From assembly GCA_964493715.1 (NCBI GenBank), contig CAZBPC010000028.1:3726-34689 (forward strand): a DNA stretch of 30,964 bases, read 5' to 3'. The position numbers were made by a program, and so were the translations under genes. This stretch comes from an uncultured archaeon (GTDB lineage Archaea > Asgardarchaeota > Lokiarchaeia > Sigyniarchaeales > SOKP01). The notes beneath the pieces were generated by a model. It worked only from the letters and a program-made list of their open reading frames with translations. It ran no database searches and was not told the origin of the DNA. Below, in pieces: positions 25,976 through 30,964 of the stretch. How positions within the stretch are numbered: the stretch's first letter is position 1; every line of letters starts with the position of its first letter.

Positions 25976-26521
25976 TTGAATAAAGGAAGAAATATGTTAG
26001 GGGTTATATCCCTCATCATTGCATTATCAGGGGTCGCGGTGGGGGCTTTTTCATTCATTTCCATGAATAATTATATCAACGAAACGAATGCATATGTTCA
26101 GCCAATGGCAAGTGTGTATTATGATGATGTGTCTATATATTCAATACCTGATCAATCATCCCAAATATTCAACTATAATCAAATAAGTTATGATAATCGT
26201 GATGCATTTAATCTCACATCTGATTCCTATACTATTCATGAACCGGGAATTTATCAAGTAACAGCGCAATATAGTATAGAAGCATATGATGGGGATTTTT
26301 TTATGATCCAACTTCTTAGTAATAGTACTATAGCTTGCTCCAGATCATTTACAGCAAGCACATATACTAATACATTTGGGGTTGGTCTAACGAATAATTT
26401 TAAATTTGTAGAAGGTGAATCTCTTAGTATACAAATATACCAATATAATGGTGCACACACAACAAGAAATATATTCCCTGGAGGGGCACACAACTTTTTT
26501 ACGATTGCTAAACTAGCCTAA
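25976..26521 (+). CDS. Membrane-anchored C1q/TNF-like beta-sandwich domain protein
   Basis: N-terminal TM helix, then FNYNQISYDNRDAFNLTSDSYTIHEPGIYQVTAQ, FVEGESLSIQIY and NFFTIAKL, matching the C1q-like pattern. Confidence 0.65.
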   Translation: MNKGRNMLGVISLIIALSGVAVGAFSFISMNNYINETNAYVQPMASVYYDDVSIYSIPDQSSQIFNYNQISYDNRDAFNLTSDSYTIHEPGIYQVTAQYSIEAYDGDFFMIQLLSNSTIACSRSFTASTYTNTFGVGLTNNFKFVEGESLSIQIYQYNGAHTTRNIFPGGAHNFFTIAKLA

Positions 26522-26736
26522 GATTACTGAAGAATACTTAAGAATAAATCCATTTTCTTTTCTTTTCATTTTCTTTTTTAAAATAGCTCTAATAAATGAG
26601 GTAAGGTAAATAAAAATAAATATTAAAAATTATTTGAGTATATTCACTATTATAAAAAATTTTCATTCTTAAACTTAATCCTTGATAAAGTAAAATATAT
26701 CAAATCCTTACAGCAATAGAGATAATTAATAATTTA

Positions 26737-28140
26737 TTACTTCTTATTATATTTCATCCCACATTGTGGACAAAAGGTGGCTTCTTCATTGATTTCTAAT
26801 CCACAAAAAGAACATTTAATTATTTGAGGTTCAAGTGGTATTAATTCTTCTAGTTGTTCTTCTGGTATATTCTCTCTCACTTCCTTTTCTGGTATGACTT
26901 CCAGCTTCCTCTCCCCGTAATCAAATTCTCTTTTTGAAATTTCTGTTAATTGAAAAGCTGTTCTTGATTTTCTTGGATATTTTATCTCGGTTCTATTAAT
27001 AGATTTCCTTCTTCTTGTAATAAGCATCCCAGCTATGGACATTGTAATGGCAATGAGAATCACTATTATTATTATTATTATTATAATTTCAATAGGAAAT
27101 TGGTTTCCATTAATGGGAAGAACTTCTTGAATATCCTCTCCATTACCGTTAAAAAAGTTGTTTAAAACGTTATTGTATCGAGAATAATAGAGATAAATAC
27201 CAACATGATTAGTTGTAATTGTGTTCATTACGATTATATTATTATTACTTCTCCATAAATATAATCCCGCAAAACTGTTATAACTTGCGTTATTTCCCGA
27301 AACGGTATTAACATTGCTATTCCATAAAAATATTCCATTCCAACCGTTATGATTTGCGATATTTCCTACAACTTTAATATCTTGACTATCGGATATGTCT
27401 ATTCCATTGTCACGATTATAGGTAACATTGTTGTTCATTATAGTATTGTTATTACTTGAAGAGGATAAATAAATCCCTCTCCAATCATTATTAAAAGCAG
27501 AGTTATTCAAAATTTTGTTATTGTTGCTTAAACCTAAATATATCCCATCCGAATTCTCTTTTAATGTGTTTTCCGAAAGAATATTATCATGACTCCCTAC
27601 TAAAAACAAACCAAACTCAACATTATTGTTTACTATGTTTCCAACAATGGTAATGTTTTGACTTTGGTATAAACCGATTCCAACCCCATAATTAGTTGAA
27701 CAGTCGTTATTTATTAAATGACCATTTAGAACATTATTTAATTTGATTCCTGCATTATATAGTCCTGGACCGGAATTATAAAGCGTACAGTTTTCAATCT
27801 TAAAGTACACGTCGGAATTTTCAATCACGATGCAACTTCCTGAGTCTCCAGCATCTATGACCAAATCCACTATGACGTAAGGTTCAATATAGGTGCCATT
27901 CCCCGTACAAATTCCCAGAGCTTTGGCAGCAGTCCAATTGTTATCAATATGAATTTTTCCTGATGTTGCTGAGATTTGTAGATTTTTATTATCTAACTGA
28001 ATTTCATCGTTATATTCTGAACTTTTATCGCTGTTTCTCGTATTAAAATTGAGATTATTATTAATAATTATTGGTGATAAAGCGAAAAGAATTCCTAATG
28101 CCATCAAAAAAATAATTCTTGTTTTAGTTTTTAATTTCAT
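26737..28140 (-). CDS. Surface protein with parallel beta-helix (NosD/pectin-lyase-like) repeats, C-terminal TM helix and cytoplasmic zinc ribbon
   Basis: Signal/TM at MKLKTK (28140), GNGTYIEPYVI, repeated GIYL..SNNN.I..N, a poly-Ile TM, and CSFCG...FCPQCG. Confidence 0.88.
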   Translation of the reverse strand: MKLKTKTRIIFLMALGILFALSPIIINNNLNFNTRNSDKSSEYNDEIQLDNKNLQISATSGKIHIDNNWTAAKALGICTGNGTYIEPYVIVDLVIDAGDSGSCIVIENSDVYFKIENCTLYNSGPGLYNAGIKLNNVLNGHLINNDCSTNYGVGIGLYQSQNITIVGNIVNNNVEFGLFLVGSHDNILSENTLKENSDGIYLGLSNNNKILNNSAFNNDWRGIYLSSSSNNNTIMNNNVTYNRDNGIDISDSQDIKVVGNIANHNGWNGIFLWNSNVNTVSGNNASYNSFAGLYLWRSNNNIIVMNTITTNHVGIYLYYSRYNNVLNNFFNGNGEDIQEVLPINGNQFPIEIIIIIIIIVILIAITMSIAGMLITRRRKSINRTEIKYPRKSRTAFQLTEISKREFDYGERKLEVIPEKEVRENIPEEQLEELIPLEPQIIKCSFCGLEINEEATFCPQCGMKYNKK

Positions 28141-28572
28141 GCTGTTTTCTCCCATAATTGATAAGTCGTTAATAATTAGGTTACTTTCCTTCATGTACAT
28201 TTCTGTCAATTAGGTTTAGCGGGAAATAACAAATATTAATTTTATTTTCTCATTTCATCAATGCTCTCAAATATTATGATTTGTCCTCTAAACCAGTCTA
28301 ATGTATAATTATCTTTATTTCTGTTGATGAATGCAATAAACCATTCAATCATTTAATCTTTGTTCATACTTTTATCTTGAGATTTTTTTTAATTCTTTTA
28401 TTACACTTAGGACATACATTAATAATCTTAGGATTAATTGGATTTGTTATTTTTGACGTTACGAATATAATCTGACAATTATAGAAAAAAAAACCATGAG
28501 TCTTCATTATTAATAACAATTCTTTTTATTACAGTCATAAATTATTTAATTCCTAATTAATTTCAATTACTT

Positions 28573-29427
28573 ATGAGTAGTGATGGATTTAATCGGTTTA
28601 AAGGCAATGTAAATACTGATAGAATCAAATATATTGCCGATCCTCAGCTGAGAAACATTGTGAACGTTTCTATTGCCTTAGCACGACCTTTATTGGTAAA
28701 GGGAGAGCCTGGTACTGGAAAAACGCTGTTATCTCATGCAATAGCAGAATCATTGGGAAAAAGACTCATTATATGGAATGTAAAGAGCACTACAGAAGCA
28801 ATAGATGGGTGTTACATGTATGATACTGTCCAAAGACTAAACGATAGCCGATTTGGGTGTGAGGATCGAAATGTCGATAATATTAAAGATTATATAACTC
28901 TTGGGCCTTTAGGTGAAGCTTTTGATTCTGATGAGCAAGTCGTTCTTCTTATTGATGAAATAGATAAAGCGGATATCGAGTTTCCAAATGATCTTCTGCA
29001 AGAGTTAGACGTTATGGAATTTTATGTTAAAGAGACAAAAGAATTTGTAAAAGCTAAAACGCGACCAATCGTTATAATCACATCAAACAACGAAAAAGAG
29101 CTTCCTGATGCATTCTTGCGTAGATGCGTGTTCCATTGGATTGAATTTCCCATGAAAGAATTCATGACAGAAATTTGTAATCTCCATTATCCAAATTTAA
29201 AGCAAAATTTATTGGATCAATGTTTAAAACACTTCTATGCCCTTAGAGCTATAACTAAATTAAGAAAAATGCCTTCGACTTCAGAACTACTCGATTGGAT
29301 TGGGGTATTGCTTAAAAGTGGAATTTCAATCGAAGAATTTAGAAAAGAAATACCCTTTTTAGGCGTGTTATTAAAAAAAGAGAAAGATATAGAAATCGCT
29401 CTCGAGAAAATCAAATTTCCGACATGA
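28573..29427 (+). CDS. MoxR-family AAA+ ATPase (CoxD-like)
   Basis: PLLVKGEPGTGKT, LLIDEIDKADIEFPNDLL, ITSNNEKELPDAFLRRC, PSTSELLDW. Confidence 0.95.
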   Translation: MSSDGFNRFKGNVNTDRIKYIADPQLRNIVNVSIALARPLLVKGEPGTGKTLLSHAIAESLGKRLIIWNVKSTTEAIDGCYMYDTVQRLNDSRFGCEDRNVDNIKDYITLGPLGEAFDSDEQVVLLIDEIDKADIEFPNDLLQELDVMEFYVKETKEFVKAKTRPIVIITSNNEKELPDAFLRRCVFHWIEFPMKEFMTEICNLHYPNLKQNLLDQCLKHFYALRAITKLRKMPSTSELLDWIGVLLKSGISIEEFRKEIPFLGVLLKKEKDIEIALEKIKFPT

Positions 29428-29748
29428 TATATTCCTCTCTTGCTCATTTCAATACTTCCTTTATACTAGATTCTCTTTTGTATTTTCAAGAAGGGGTTAA
29501 TTTATAAGCAATTAATTTCATATCATTCAGAAATCAGTTCTCTCATATTTGGATCTTTTAATTCAGGGATTTTGTAGAATAGAAAAAAATATCAAAAAAA
29601 ATTAAAAATGAACCCCCAACTCTAAAAAAACCATTAACGTAGAGAATGAATTTGTATATTTCATCTACTCTTATTTTGCGTGAATCGACAGAATGATATA
29701 AAATAAAATCATAATTAATTAATTTAGGCGTTCACTCTAATATCATGG

Positions 29749-30964
29749 ATGTTTGTCGAATACTTTTACTATCTCAAAGATAGATTGCCCGTATCCCTAA
29801 CGGAATACATGACCCTAATCGAAGCATTAGACAAGGGACTCATCCATAACATGGTAGAATTCTATTACATCTCTCGCTCACTCCTCTGCAAGAATGAACA
29901 CCATTTTGACATCTATGACATCGCTTTTGCGAACTTTTTTAAAGACGCATCGCTCAAATTTCCCGATGAGATTAAACAACAAATCTGGGATTGGCTAGAT
30001 AAAAAACTCGACCCACAAGAATTACCCGATAATTTCCAGCAATTCATGAGTGAAATCTTCGACCTTGAAGAACTCCAAAAACAACTCGATGAATTGCTCA
30101 AAAGACAAGACGAAGACCATGATGGCGGCGATCACTGGATCGGAACTCAAGGCGAATCGCGGTTTGGCCATTCTGGACAAAATCCAATGGGCATGAAAAT
30201 CGGTGGGTCGGCTGGGATGCGAATGGCTATCCAAATCGCCCAAAAAAGAATCTTTGCCGATTACAGAAAAGATGTCGTCTTAGATACCCGCCAAATCAAG
30301 GTCGCACTCAAGCGCCTCAAAAAACTTGAAGAAATCGGCAAGCAAGATGAATTAAACATCGATAAAACCATCGATCAAACGGCTAAGAATGGCGGAGATA
30401 TTGATCTAATTTTCGAAAAAAAGAGAAAGAATAACGTGAAGCTGATATTGCTAATGGATGTCGGTGGCTCCATGACTCCTTATGCTCACCTCGTAAACCT
30501 CCTATTTTCTGCCGCAAACAACATGTCGCACTGGAAAAAGTTTGAGCACTTTTATTTTCACAACTGCCTTTATGAGACTCTCTATTTCAACGCACAGAGA
30601 AATCCGGAAGAATCCATTCCATTTGAAGAATTTTTGAAAAAATATAACAGTAAATATAAAGTAGTCGTGGTGGGCGACGCCGCAATAATTTAATCGAATT
30701 CCGATTAAGTTGTGAGGGCAAGTTGGGAGCTCACCGAAAGATATGGGAGTATCTACTATTATCATCGGAACGAATTGCCCGGTGCGTATTATATACGCGA
30801 ACTTGCGAACCATTTCAAGAATAATGTCGTATGGCTTAACCCAGAAATCATACGGTTGGAGTGGGTGCCGTGGACGCGGAAGATAATTTCAAGCATCATC
30901 CCGATGTTCCACCTTACAGTGGAAGGGATTGAAGAAGCCATGGATTTTCTACGGAAGGGCGGTA
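29749..30964 (+). CDS. VWA-domain (CoxE-like) partner of MoxR, split by one BHB intron; exons 29749-30686 and 30717->30964 (runs off the window end)
   Basis: HDGGDHWIGT.G.S.FGH.G, LLMDVGGSM and YFHNCLY. After intron removal the frame reads VGDAAMASWELTERYGSIYY...VWLNPE...MFHLTVEGIEEAMDFLRKGG, open to the window end. Confidence 0.9.
30687..30716 (+). other. Putative BHB intron 4 (30 nt) in VWA mRNA
   Basis: AATTTAATCGAATTCCGATTAAGTTGTGAG. Central helix CGCA(30681-84)/TGTG(30711-14), bulges ATA and AGG, 9-bp stem ATTTAATCG/CGATTAAGT, loop AATTC, outer GC/GC pairs. Removal gives GCA ATG GCA (GDAAMA). Confidence 0.88.

Noticed and set aside
27061-27086. (ATT)n microsatellite-like run
   Set aside because: Encodes the poly-Ile transmembrane helix of the beta-helix protein.
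28230-28420. Small minus-strand ORF pieces (CPKC...; MIEWFIAFINRNKDNYTLDWFRGQ...)
   Set aside because: Too short and without recognisable homology to call.
18675-30716. Stop-codon read-through, Sec/Pyl recoding or an alternative genetic code
   Set aside because: Stops are TAA, which ends many normal genes here. Insert 1 shifts the frame, and read-through would put 10 extra residues inside conserved motifs.
18675-30716. MITE insertions, or spliceosomal, group I or group II introns
   Set aside because: No consistent target-site duplication or shared terminal repeats, no GT 5' ends, and far too short for ribozyme introns. G-U pairs and exon-intron pairing fit BHB RNA.
6928-30813. Short antisense or overlapping ORFs in the track (e.g. 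6928-7233, 9643-9861, 14774-15145, 17519-17827, 18544-18807, 30502-30813)
   Set aside because: They lie opposite well-supported genes and have no recognisable motifs; treated as shadow ORFs.
1-30964. tRNA, rRNA, CRISPR array, transposase/integrase or endA/rtcB genes
   Set aside because: None recognised in this window; any splicing machinery must be encoded elsewhere.

Overview
AT-rich archaeal genomic window with the gene content typical of Asgard archaea (Lokiarchaeia-like): a profilin homologue, three Rab-like small GTPases, longin/roadblock-like proteins, a DRG GTPase, a SWIM+SNF2 pair and assorted metabolic enzymes. The taxonomic call is inferred from protein families. The main finding is four 30-31 nt insertions in protein-coding genes: three in an SCP2-type thiolase (18328-19606) and one in a MoxR-associated VWA gene (29749->30964). 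Each folds with its flanking exon sequence into a bulge-helix-bulge (BHB) motif: 4-bp central helix, two 3-nt bulges, ~9-bp intron stem, 5-nt loop. Cutting at the canonical archaeal splicing-endonuclease positions removes an in-frame TAA and restores the frame and a conserved protein motif in all four cases (one needs a C-A mismatch in the central helix). This points to a family of EndA-type mRNA mini-introns in an Asgard archaeon. Other observations: a diverged duplicate of the thiolase 3' end about 1.4 kb downstream, three spaced ACTATA dyads, a duplicated Rab gene with its upstream region, a Rab-like pseudo-GTPase, a C-terminally extended profilin, a membrane-anchored C1q-like protein, an MscL with a permuted-looking N-terminus, and two pseudogene remnants.
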